Assembly (NCBI GenBank): GCA_002269645.1 | Contig: NIVC01000926.1 | Span: 186,001-250,000 of the forward strand | Origin: Macrostomum lignano | Taxonomy: Eukaryota | Length of the DNA stretch: 64,000 nt | Reading direction: 5' to 3' | Part shown: in pieces, positions 1 to 11,941 of the stretch | Position numbering within the stretch: position 1 is the first letter of the stretch | How the letters are laid out: each line of letters starts with the position of its first letter | The notes under the pieces: generated by a model | Seen by the model: only the letters and a program-made list of their open reading frames with translations | Databases searched by the model: none | Told to the model about the DNA's origin: nothing | Made by a program: the position numbers and the translations under genes

Positions 1-1252
1 TGGTTCAGACTCCGGAAATCTTGTACAATTCTCAGGCTTCCGTCCTTCTTTGGGATGATCACGAGCGGGGTGTTGTAATTCGAGAAGCTTGGTCGGATCA
101 CGCCTTTGGCAAGCAGATCATCTAGTAGCTGGTCCACTTTGGGCAACAGGTGCGGCGGAATCCGTCGGGTCGGCAGGTGTACTGTACAGGATCCTTATCC
201 TTCAGTACGATGTTGTGGGTGACCAGGTGAGTTCGACCTAGATCGTGCGGTCCTTGAGAGAAGATGTTCTTGTACTTCTTCAGCAGCTTGATGACTTGAG
301 CGCGCTGGTCACTGGACAAGTCCTCGCCGATATCGATCTCTTTAATCCAAGCATCCGGATCTTCGTCCTGAATCTGCTTGACAGAGACTTCTGGCCGTGG
401 AAGCGGGTAGAATTGCAGTTCTGGCAGTCTAAGTGGTCTCGCAATCCCGATAAGTGCATTCGCTCGCACTTTAATAGATGTTGTACCGCGATTAATCATT
501 TCGATTGCACCTTCACCATTGGCCATAGATATTAGCGCAGGCGCAGCGTCCAGGTGCTGCACCTCGTCTTCGCGTCTGGCTGGTTTCAGCGGCTCGATAA
601 CTGCCGGTGTTCCTTGATTGTCTTCACGCCCTTTAGCTAGCTTAATTCTAATTCGGGCCGATGATAATGGTGGCACTGTGGTGCTTTCGGCCGTGTAGAT
701 TCTGCACGTAGTAGCTTCGGCTCGTGTGTAGCGAAGTGGGGCGGCTGTGCCGTTATTGAAAAATAGCATCCCGGCTGCGAGGTCGAGGGAGTTGCTGTGC
801 TTCTCCAGGAACTCGAAACCCAGGATGTTATCATGAGATCCTTGTGCTAGCAGAAAATTGACTGTCGACTCGAAGTTGCCGATCTTCATCTGGATTGCAA
901 GCTGTCTTGCCATCTTGATTGGTTCGCCATTGTAGGTCACGATTCGCTCTAAACAGGGCTTGATTTGTCCACGCAGAGAGGGGTCGTCGATGCAGAGTCG
1001 GTGCCAAGTGCTGAATCCGAGGACCTCGCACTTAGAGCCAGTATCAAGCAAGAAAGCAAAATAACGCCCATTAATCTCACCAGTTATAAACGGGTCTCTC
1101 CGAGGGCGCTTGGGTGCAGAGTTCTGTACAGGTGCGGAGGCGGTCTCAGCAGTAGCCTGCTGAGCGACTAAAGTCCGCGACGGGGACTTTAGTGCTGGCT
1201 CGGCCGCTGGATTGCGCTGCCCCCGATGGCGCGTCCAGCCGTCGCGTTTCCC
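1..1252 (-). pseudogene. pol: pol N-terminus: aspartic protease, dUTPase-like linker, RT start (frameshift near 170)
   Basis: ITGEINGRYFAFLLDTGS...NILGFEFL. After a frameshift, RRIPPHLLPKVDQLLDDLLAKGVIRPS...DFRSLN reads to the window edge. Confidence 0.9.
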
Positions 1253-2595
1253 GAGCTGCTGCTGCGCTGGGGCGCGTTGCTGGCCGACCGTCGATGCGGG
1301 CACTCCTCAGCGCGATGCTCCCGGTTGCACCTGTAGCACATTGCACTCTGGCGTCTTAGCTGATAAGGCGGCGGTCTCGAACTCGGCTGCGGCGGCTGTT
1401 GCGGCTGCGGCCGCTGCTGCTGCTGCTGTCGCCGTCCTCCTGCCGGTGGCGTCCTTGGGGGCGGAATGCTGCCGTCACGCGGTTGCTGAAGCTGATGGAA
1501 CTGTTGATGCTGCACATTGCGTGTGCCGTTTGTCGCAAATTGAGCGCTTCCTTCAGCGCTGCGGCGAGGAGTCATGGGTACCAGACATCGGTTGCGCTGG
1601 CCCCAGGAGTCCCGCGGCTGGTGGCGAGCAGGTTCATATGGCTCCGGGGTGTCGTTATCTCGCGATCCCCGTGAGTAGAACTTTCGCATCTCATTGCCCA
1701 GGGCTTCTAGTAGACGTCGCTGCTCCTGCAGTGTCTCTGACTGTTGCTCCATCACTTCTCGCAACCAATTTTCCTCGGGCCGAGGTGACTTGTCGTGTTG
1801 CACTCCAGTTGGTGGCTGACAGTCGTCATCCTCGAGAACCCGTACATGTCTCGCGGCCGGCGGCGGTGCTACTCGCTGAGCCAGGCTCGCTGCTGTCTCT
1901 ATGCGTAGCACTGCCCTTCTCGCTGCGGTTAGATTCTGCGGCCGTACCAGGATTAGCTGCTCTCTGGCTGACTGGGCGATTCGCACTCCGACCGTGAACT
2001 AGTCCACCAGTTCGGCCTGCTTCTGAACTGGGGTGAAGTGCGGGAATGCTCTATCAGCCAGAGCAATTAATCGGTCACCGTAGTCGTCGACACTCTCGTT
2101 TTTGCCTTGCTGGCAGCATCGGAACTGCTCCCGGTACTCCAGCGTGTCGGCCACGTGCGTGAAGCGCTCGGACAACCTCTGCTTGAACTCGCCAAACGTC
2201 AGATTGTCCGGCAGTTCCATCCTGACGACTGCGGGATATGTAGTGGCGATGTCCAGATTTACTAGGACTTCCGCCTTCTTTCGTCTGTCGTCCATGATCT
2301 TGTTGAGCTCACAACGCTCCTCGAGAGCCTGGATCCAGACGTCGAAATCCTGGTTTGGAGTGTACCGTTGAATCTTAACCGGTTTCGGCACTGGAGCTCG
2401 GTCCGGCTGTTGGGGCGGCTGGTACACGTGGTGATGGTGTTGTGGCTGTCCCAAATTAGCCTGCTCCAGTCGTCGTCGCACCTCTTCGGTCACCGCGCGG
2501 ATCATCTCATCGTAGGTAGGTCTTGTAGATGAATTGTCGGGGCCCGCGGCGTCGGTTGTCGCGTCCGCGGCCGTTGAGTTAGTAGTCGAAGCCAT
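1189..2595 (-). pseudogene. gag: gag with one in-frame TAG (1999-2001)
   Basis: ORFs 1999..2940 and 1189..1986 share a frame across a single stop (ELVD*FTVGV). Capsid-like QGKNESVDDYGDRL, knuckle CYRCNREHRAEEC, likely ATG at 2595 (MASTT). Confidence 0.88.
1200..1252 (-). promoter_or_regulatory. -1 programmed ribosomal frameshift signal (G GGA AAC + stem-loop/possible pseudoknot)
   Basis: Heptamer 1246-1252 in gag phase (TCG GGA AAC); pol is in the -1 frame; 6-nt spacer, then GCTGGA/TCCAGC stem. Confidence 0.75.
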
Positions 2596-2663
2596 ATCGT
2601 AGATTCTGAACGACTCGTCGAATGGGTTTTGGCGTTTCGTTATCCCACTTAGCTGACCACCAG

Positions 2664-3697
2664 TGAGGTGGGGGTGGAGAAGAACTTTCTTAGAACGGTT
2701 GTTTTTGAATTTGCTGACACCAGTGAGGTGGGGCGGATTCCTCGTTTGAATTGCCGCCGGCGTTGAGTTCGCACGAATAAAACCGGAAAAACGCGCAGAC
2801 GAATCACAACGAAATTTCTTCTCCTGTTTTACTCCGACAGCCGGGTTCTCAAGTCCGGGGGGAGGGTAGTTGTAATCGTAGCGGAGCGGTCGTATAGCGG
2901 CCCGGTCGTTCAGATCCGTAGACTCAATTGGTCTTGACACCGTAAATCTGCTTTTGAATTGTCGTACTGATTACTGTCAGTAGAGTAGCGCTGCCACCAC
3001 CGTAATTTGATCCGTATTACGGAACGTTGGGATCTCAGAGCTCGCTTAGAGTTGAGATCGATTCGGTTGTTTAACGCCCCACGGGCAAATGACTCACGAT
3101 AACTATTATGGGCTTCGTCAACGAGATAGACTTAATTATTAGTTAATTATTATTATTTATTGATGTTGTACTAGCAGGCGTAAATTGGCAAAATAAAGTT
3201 AAATTCAGACGATTGATCCTCGGCCGGTGCCGGGTGGGACGACTAACTGAACAAACTAGTAGATCGAGACTAAATAAGTACTAATTTAACTTCGTGCACA
3301 ACAGGAAATTAAACACTAAACAGACGAGTACACGAGGGTTCACGAAGCGGAATGGAACAGAAAACGAACAAGTAGGAGGCAAGGGAAAGGAAAGAGGGGA
3401 GGAGGGAGGAATGAAAACTTGCGGCCCGAAATGGCCTTAATAAATAATGGGGCGATGTCATCCGGACGGGGATAGAGCAGCAGATGGGGCAGGAAGGCGA
3501 AGGATGGGGCAGGAGATGGGGCGAAGGATGGGGCAACGGACGACAACAAAGCCGGGAATGAGAATACAAAAAATTACGCGCGACGGCAAAAGATGGGGCG
3601 AGTGATGGGACATGGGACGGCGCAACGGGTGACACAGAACGCGAGAGTCATTGCGGTGAGGTCACCTGTTCCAAACGTGGTAGTGCGCCCTACCACA
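2664..3697 (-). repeat. 5' LTR of family A (copy A1, 1034 bp)
   Basis: Termini TGTGGTAGG...CCCCACCTCA, followed by C + TGGTGGTCAGCTAAGTGGGAT (PBS-like); the ~450-bp U5-side core is shared with 4 other copies. Confidence 0.88.
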
Positions 3698-3819
3698 CAA
3701 GCTATATATTTTCTAGAAAAAGCTTCTATTAACGAAAAAACTAAGTCGCAAAACTAAGTCGCATTTTTGGTCAAAACTAAGTCGCACGGCCAGCGTAATT
3801 TCAGAGGTTGCGCATGTAT

Positions 3820-6800
3820 GTGCCGTAACCATAGCCGTAATGTATAACAAAAATTTATATTTTTGCATGAAAAGTGGGGCAGACAGAAAAGGATTGATAA
3901 AAAGGATAAAAGGATAGCAATAAAACCTACTTGTTGTTCGTTCATGTATTAATATTCATTTATTTTTTTCGTAAAGTATAATATCTTTATCGAAGTATTC
4001 TATAGCATTGTTGTATGCAATTGTGTGCTTGGTGCCTTTTTCAGTTTTCTGTGTCGTGATTCTGTTTTGTTTCGCTACAATATGAATATATGACTGACAT
4101 GCTAAGGTCAATATGTATGTTTAATATCATTAAATAAATATATGAATTTGTTCAAATAAAACTGCTTCAAAATTTCTGATGACTAAGAAATTGCATGTTA
4201 CATTTTTTCTTTTTCATTTTATTGCATTGTCTATTGTATTGTCTTCTTTGGTTTCAATCAATTTTCATTCATAATCAATCATACAGCAAAAAGATGGTAA
4301 AAATAAAAAGTAAAAAACTTGCTTTCAACAAAATTGTGGCAGCAGAACAAGATACATGTAGTGGCAAAAAGTGGGCTATATGGCAAAACTATGAACCAAG
4401 AACAATGAGATAGTAAAAATAAAAAAAATTAAAAACATTACTAAAGGTAAAGATAGCACCAGGCTATAGCTATAGGGTATTAGCACCTAATTATCACCTA
4501 CTGCAGCATGCTTATTGTGGAGAAGTACAGTCGAGTTAATCATAGTTATTTTAAATTTAAATTGTTCTCAATAAAAAGAAGCCTCTCGGCTCCCTCTGGA
4601 CTCAGTCGGTTACGCTTCTTTGTAACCGTACTGCCTGCTGCATTGAAAAGGCGTTCAGCGTCTGCACTGGTAGGTGGCACGGCCAATAGGCAGCGGGCAA
4701 GGATGGCCAAGACCGGAAATCGCACATGGTCAGAGCTGGATGTCGCCCAAAATCGGAGTGTTGCTGCTGCTTGTTGTTTGACACCTCCAGCTGGTATTGG
4801 AGACACTGTATTAAAAAATATATATAAGTATAAGAACTTAAGTAAAATATAAAATTGATTTCAGTTTCTCTATTACTTTCAATTTGAGTTCTTTAGATTC
4901 CGTTGTACAGAAAGGATTTGCAACAGGGTTTAACTTAAGTGTATTGGAGGCCCTATGTACATAAAATTAAAAAAAACTGGAATGCAAAAATAAGCAAGTA
5001 CAAGTGAAAGTAAAAACTTACCTGGCTCACCAAGGTAGCGCTTAAATTGTTCAGCAAACTCTACTTTTAACGATTGCTGCTCCTTGCTGTTCTCCAGGCT
5101 GCTCAGAGGACCATTTTATTGGGTTGAAATCTTCCAGCGTCAATGGTCGGAGCCTTGGTTGGTTGGACAGCTGAAATAGCTCATCGTCTTGAGTAGCAAC
5201 TGTTGTACCACAGCTGGATCTAGATCAATTGTCATCAATAATGACGGTGTCAGAGGCAGAGGCATGGTCACCCTGGAAGCTCATGTGGTTGCGGAGAAAA
5301 ATCTGCTGGAGCTTAGCATTCACTGCGGCAGTAGCTTTAGCTGCAGAGACAGGATCGCGAATGCCTGATATTTTGTAGTGTGGGTCCAGCACTGTTGCTG
5401 GACATCCCGAAATCGACTCTCAACTTCCTTCTTAAGTCCCTTAGCCAGTGTTTGCACACCAGTTGCTTGCGGTTCATCCTCACTTGCACAGTCCAAAAAT
5501 GCTACGAGTGCACAAATCTGAGAAAAAAATTAAGAAAGGTTGATTAGAATTATTTAGTTAGCTTTTTATTTTAGTAATATTGTACCTATATTGTACCTAG
5601 AAATAAAAATATAAACCTATAATTATTTCCTATAAGTATAAATTACTTTTATAAAGTTACAAAAAGTTTAAAGTTACCTTTGGGTAGACCATGCTTATCA
5701 GTGCATTGCATGAGAAAAAATCGGTTAGGTCGTGAATTGGATGCAGCAGAAATACTAAGCTCGGAAGAACTGCCCATTCTGAGTCCTTAAGATCAGCAAT
5801 TTTTTGTAGCCGACAGAAAACGTGAACAACAGCTTTCTAGTCTAGAAAAGACTCCAGCATAGAGAAATCGGAGTCCTATCTAGTAGGACAGGACTGCTTG
5901 AGTCATTTCGTTGAAGCAGCACCACTCTCAAGACAGGACTCGTTCCAAGAATCATTAGCAGCCTTGCTAATCCTGTTAAGATGGCCAGCAATTTGCTTGC
6001 AACAGGCTACCACATCATTGACAATTCGTTGCACTGGCTCTCCGTCGGAAGGAGTTGATGGAATGTTCTTGCGCACAGCATTCTGTAGGCGATGAACTAC
6101 ACACCCATGACGTGGGTACTCAAGCAGCCTAACTGCCTTCTGCATCACTGGGGCATTGTCTGTGACGAAGGCAACTACCCAGTCAGTAAGTTGCCAGTCT
6201 TCCAGAGCCTATCAGAATTAAAAGGTAAGAAAGAAAAGAAAAGAAAGTAACGTAAATTGTAAATAAAGTCAATAAAATGTTATTACTTATTAAGTATTAA
6301 AACAAGAAAATCAATACTGTATACTGTAAACTGTAAAAAATAAAAAATTATTGCAAATTTTTTTTTATTTTACCTGCTTAATCACAATCTTCATGTTCTC
6401 AGCATTTGCAGAGCCACGGATCTCTGGGCAGCAGAGTACAACACGGTTAAGCTTGCCATCGTCTTGGATAGTGAAAACAATAAGGCCCAGAATTTCAAAG
6501 GCAGCGTTTTCAGCAGTCCAACCATCCGTTGCAATTGCTACAGTTTTACTGGCAGATAAAATCTGACGCACTGGTTCAGCCACAGATTGGTACAGTTGTG
6601 GAATCGCAACACGGGCCATGTGGTCAGCAGTTGGGATTTGGTACCATGGGAAGCGTTTCTCTAAAAAGCCACCAAAGCCATAGTGTTCAACCATTGCATA
6701 GGGCTCCTGGTCAAGAGCAATGACAATTGCCAGGTCATTAGTCATCTCAATTGCCTTTGGATCAGAATGCGCCCATTTACTATTGACAGTTACAAAAGGC

Positions 6801-8170
6801 TGGCACAGTGTTTGCACTCTTTCAATATTTGCTTTGGGCTTTGTAGAACTTAGACTTGAAGTCAAAGTTAAAGTTGACTGAACCAAACTTTTTGGCTCAG
6901 ATGATGTAGACTGCAAACGAGCTTTTTTAGTAGCAGGAAACATAGCATCAGCTGCAAGCTCATTTTCTTTGAATTCATCTTTTCTTTTCTTCTCATCTTC
7001 CTTGGCTCCTAACACCTTCTCATGTTCCTCTTTGTGTCTTGTCTTCAAATAGGACCACATGCCTCCATTGGATGCATTTGCTTTCTTTGTTCCACGACGA
7101 ACAGTTGCATGACACAATGTGCACTCAGCAACCAAATTGTCATCTGCATTTGGTAGCATAAAAAAAGCTCCACAAAATACTGGTAGCACGATGAGGCCTA
7201 ACAATTTTGGCCTTGCAACTATGCTCAAGTTGCTCATGGCCACCCTCATGCTCACCATCCTTATCATCTGGCTTACTCATGGCACCACACTGTCACTGCA
7301 GCTTGAACTTAAACTCAAGTCAAGTCAATACTCAATAGGATAGACCAAATCCAAAAGTTAAGAGCTGCTACAGCTGGAATTAAAGAAATAAATAAGGAGT
7401 TTAATTTATATTGGTTACAAATTAATTTACATCAAACATCAAAGTAAAAATAAATTTTTTTTGTGCAGTTAGTTATATTACAATAAAAGACATAAAATTA
7501 ATAATAATAATAATAGGCATAATAAATATGATAAACTTAAACTTAAACTTAAACTTAAACTACAACAAAGCAAACAAGTAAACTACAATCAATCATAATT
7601 CATATTCATATCCTATTAGTATTTATTTAGTATTTCCTTATTAATATTCTTTCATCCTTATCCTCATAATCTAAATCTAATATCTAAATATCCTATTTTT
7701 ATGCTAAGGAGCTAAATGCTACATATGGCTAAGAAATAAGAATGCCAGATTCTTAGTCTCTTGCAGGCTTTGACTGGCTCTCTTTGTCTTGCTGCTATCA
7801 TGCTATCGCTATGCTATGCCGTATGCCTAATGAGAAAATTCGTGAAAAAAATTGTTTTTCGCTTTTCAAAAAGGTTCGTAGATATTTAGAAACTTAACAA
7901 ATGTAAAAAATAATAATAACTAGTAAAACAAAATGAAAACTGGTTGAAGTTGATATAAAAAATTTTCTTTTATAACACTAAACAGTTAAAAATAAATAAT
8001 TTTTGTTACGGCTACCAATTATGGCAAGTCTAGAAAAATCTCCGTAATCCGTAACTGTAACCGTAAGCTCAAAATATGTCCGTAACCGTAATCCGTAATA
8101 AAAATACAGCTTCAAAAGTGTCGTAGCCGTAATTTGCCGTAGCCGTAGCCGTAATTACAGTGGAACACTA
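3820..8170 (-). mobile_element. hAT DNA transposon, decayed; one terminus (TAGTGTTCCA at 8170) visible
   Basis: CCGTAA subterminal repeats at 8040-8155 and 3820-3845; transposase exons inside; left end approximate. Confidence 0.8.
4546..7280 (-). pseudogene. Multi-exon hAT transposase pseudogene (BED finger, DDE, dimerisation domain)
   Basis: SILWSFF..AECTLC..WSYLKTRH (BED), IATDGWT, CPTR*DS, RFPVLAILARCLLAVPPTSADAERLFNAAG; frameshift in A-run near 7160 and internal stops. Confidence 0.9.
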
Positions 8171-8345
8171 TGGTGTACGCCACGGAAATCAAGTGTACGC
8201 CAGAATTTTTTAGCGTATACCCCACCATCCACAAAATGGCTGATGTCACTGAATTATCTACTCTAAGTAGCATTGGCTGCCTCAAACTATGATTCTTTCC
8301 TAGAAATTCCTAGTTTACGCAGTTTTCTTAGAAGCCTCATGATAG

Positions 8346-9408
8346 TGAGGTGGGGCGGAGGAAGGGTTGTGGTTCTTAGAATTGTTTTTGAAAATTAGCT
8401 GACACTAGTAAGGTAGGGTGGTCTCCATGTTTGAATTACCGCCGACGTTTGCACGAATAAGCTGGAAAATTGTACAGACAAAATCACAATAAAATCTTCC
8501 TCCTTTACTCCGACTGCTGGGTTCTCAGGTCCAGGGGGAGGGTAGTCGTAATTGTAGCGGAGCAGTTGTGTAGTGGCGCAGTTGTTCAAAGCGATGAAAC
8601 ACTGTAAATTCAGACACCGTAAATTAATGTGTCAATTTGCTGAGCTTGTTACTTTCAGTAGGGTAGAGCTGCCACCACCGTAATTTATGTATTACGGAAC
8701 GAATAAGTCTCTGAGCTTTCTTTGAGCTGAGAAAACTTCGGTAATTTTACGCCCCACGGGCAAAAGACTTAAGATGGGCTATGGCTTAATGTCAACAAAT
8801 AAATGTATTTATAAATATGGTTTAATTATTATTAATATTTATTAAATTCAAGTTGAGCAGGATAAACAGTAGGTAAATTATTATATTTTGACAATGGCAA
8901 GAATATTTTGGCAGGCCGCGGTGCTATGGCTAATTTAATTAAGCAAAATAAACCAAACTAAACACAACTAAACTAAGTAAAGGATGAGTGTTAAAAGTAA
9001 CCAAGAGCAGGAAGGTTGGCAGGAAGGAAAGATAAATTTACACAAGTTTAGGCATCAATTTATAGGCAAAATATGCAATGACTGTGCCTGAACCAGAAAA
9101 AAAGAAAATTTAATACGCGTCGGGTCCAGCAGCGGTAGAACAGAAGAAAAAGCATAGAATTAAATGAGGCACGCATTCAAGCAAGCAAAAGGGGAGCAAT
9201 TGTATAAGGAATGAGACTAAAAATCCCATAACGGGATGGGGAGCGTGATACAATTTTGAAACTTTTGTCCCGGCGCGGGAAAGCATAATTTCAGGGTTGG
9301 GAAAGCATGCATGCACGTAAAAGTAGTAATTTTTAAATATTGATATAAGTAACTAATAATGAAATTTATTAAGCAGAATTTATACCGACGGGGCAGCCAC
9401 CTGCCACA
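8346..9408 (-). mobile_element. Solo LTR, family A (copy A2, 1063 bp), TSD ATAG
   Basis: TGAGGTGGGG...CCTGCCACA flanked by ATAG at 8342-8345 and 9409-9412. Confidence 0.92.
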
Positions 9409-11211
9409 ATAGCATTTAGTGCCCAAATGGTAAAACACTATCTAATCCCTAATTAAGTAAAAAAATCTTGCATTTTCCGATAATCAAGGGTGTCCCATAG
9501 TTAGGAAGATAGCGTTTTACTCAGAAAAACTGTTGTACATAGGGACATTTTTGGCCAATTTTGGCATACACAGCGTACACAGTTTAGAGAAAGTACCCCA
9601 TGGCGTGCAATGGCGTGCCACGATACACCCACAATGGGCCCTGCCCACCAACAATATCCTGAATCCTGATGCATAAAATATATTTTTAAAAAACTGTTTT
9701 TTAAAACTGAAAAAGAAAGAAAAATGTTATTTTCTGGTGCTAATTTTCTTTTGTTAAAGTCATTAAAATTTCAACACAAATGAAAACTTTGTTAAAGTTT
9801 GACTTTTATAGAGATGTTCCGAAATGTCAATTTCGATTTTGATTTTCTGAAGTTAGGATTTTTTTAGAGCAAATTTTGATTTTGAAAAATGAGCAGTAAA
9901 TTGAAAGTAGAAAAGTGAGTGTTCTTTGTACTAAACTTTGTTTTTCTGAATTTCAATGTCAGAAAATTTCAATTTCAATTTTGGAAAGTAGCAAATTTCA
10001 ATTTCAATTTTGATTTCTAATTCTTCACATGCACTGCTACCCCTACCCCTACCGGGTACTACTGGGTTCCGATGTTGGTGTACATGGCACACCATTTTTT
10101 TACTGACTTTTTATTTTGGCGTACTCGTGCGATGATCCTGACTATAGAGGGTGTCTAAGCGGTAGCTAAATTATCCCCCTAATGCCTAACTCCCTAGTGC
10201 CTAATGTGTTTTATTGGCCTGCATGGCTTCCCTGGGATCTACACACCTCAAGTCTCTCCTTTTGTCTTCTCTTATTTTAGGTCTCCACAACCCTTTTTCC
10301 CCTAGTCTCAGATCCCTTTTTGGGTCTTCACTTCAATCTGGGTCATTCCATATAATGACGGTCATAACATTCTTACATACAAGCTCATTAATTAGTGCCT
10401 GTAATAAGCTAAAATCGTTTATATTTGAGTCATTCTAAAAGCAAAATATGTCTGTTACACTAAAAAAATTGTTTTACTCATTTGACTAATGATAACGAAA
10501 TAAATTGAAGGCTAAGTTACATGATGGTTGTAACAAGAGAAATCGAAACAGTTGAATGATGTATTTTGTATTTGTGAATTTACTCAATCTACAAAGCTTA
10601 GAGGCACTGTAATGAATAATAAGTGTATAAATGTTATTACAACAAGAAAAAATAGTGTACATAATAATTGCATAACAAGTCTTTGAACTATTAAACTTGT
10701 TTTAAACCTTGTGGTCGTAACATTGCAGTCGTAACAAATTTCAAACTACCGACTTCTAATTTTTTTTTCATTTCAGATCAACAAAGTACTATCCTTTGGC
10801 AAATTTCTACCTTTTAATAATAAATGAATAATAGAATAGCTATTTTTTGTGTTATTGAACACTTCAGACCAATATTTTTATCACTGAATAGTCAGAAGTT
10901 GTGGCAGTCATTGGAAGCATAAGTTCATGGAAGACCATCAAAACGGAAGTGGCCCCGCCTGTCAACAGGAGTTGGTGGGCTAATTTAATTTCCTGAATTA
11001 TATCTGTTTCATAATAATAAATTTCATCCTTCTTCTTAGGCCACATGAAATGGCGGTCACCAGATTCTTTTCAGAGTTAGGAAAGCATGCATGCACGTAA
11101 AAGTAGTAATTTTTAAATATTGATAAGTAACTATTAATGAAATTTATTAAGCACATGCACGGGCGGGCCGGGATAATGAAAAAAAAGTTTACAGCAAGCC
11201 TGCTGTTCAGT

Positions 11212-11941
11212 TCAGTGGCGGCCGCCTCGGCCGATGGGCATTCTGCCGCCGCAAGTCGCAGGCCGGGAGCTGCGGGCCGTCTCGCTCGGCGTCTTGTCCG
11301 GCGTCTCGCTCCTGGTCACTCTCGCGGACGAGCTCGCAACTCGGACAGCCTTACACAACTGTTCAATTACCGGCGGGATGCCGCGTTGCCGAACGTGCTC
11401 CACATAGCGCGCAACCAGGGTGCAGCACGGTCCCAGTTGTGGACCGGTGGTCTCGGCTTGTAGCCGTAGACCAGTCAGGGCAGCCGCGGTCTCGAGTGCC
11501 AGGGTGGTGTCGGCAGACGAGTGATGGCGGGCCACCGTGTCCCATGTTCGACAGTTGTTCATGTGCCTCGGCCCTGGGGGACGCAGCACCTCTAGATATA
11601 ACAACTCTTGAAGCATCTGGGCCGGCTCCAGACCGGCCGGCGGGGCTGTCTCCAGAGCTGGGGCGCCCGACGCCTCCGGAGTGGCCTGGCTGGAGTTGCT
11701 TGACCATGTAGAAGGCGGCAGTGGCGGCGTAATCTGCAGGCCGTATTCTAGTAGCCGCAGAAAGTCGGCGTCCTCGGCCTCCAGCGCGGGCCGGCGTGCA
11801 CCTGATCTAGAAATTGATCTACTCCGATGTCCGGGCTTGGGGCGGGCGCCAGTGGCGTGTGGAGCCCGGGTTGCGCCATCGGATCGTCAAAAATCTGCCA
11901 TTCAGGGGTGTCAATGTTCCACATTTGGTCGGCCATTCTGA
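11212..11941 (-). pseudogene. GC/CpG-rich ORF of unknown function (~240 aa, one frameshift near 11800)
   Basis: MADQMWNIDTPEW..FLDQVHA, then the 11212..11616 frame is open upstream (ALEAEDADFLRLLEYGLQ..). No domain recognised. Confidence 0.35.

Larger units (their letters stand above)
1..3697 (-). mobile_element. Ty3/Gypsy LTR retrotransposon (family A): 5' LTR, PBS, gag, protease, start of RT; continues off the left edge
   Basis: LTR 2664-3697, Leu-type PBS 2642-2662, gag with Zn knuckle, LLDTGS protease, RT N-terminus (GVIRPSFSNYNTPLVIIPKKDGSLRIVQDFRSLN). Confidence 0.93.

Noticed and set aside
1212-1997. 261-aa plus-strand ORF (also 13705..14337 and 14487..15107)
   Set aside because: Antisense shadows of coding frames on the minus strand; no domain features.
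2800-2940. Conserved LTR-encoded peptide RYDYNYPPPGLENPAVGVK, in frame with gag in A1
   Set aside because: The start is non-ATG, the frame is broken in A4, and A2 changes are mostly non-synonymous CpG decay; conservation is better explained at nucleotide/RNA level.
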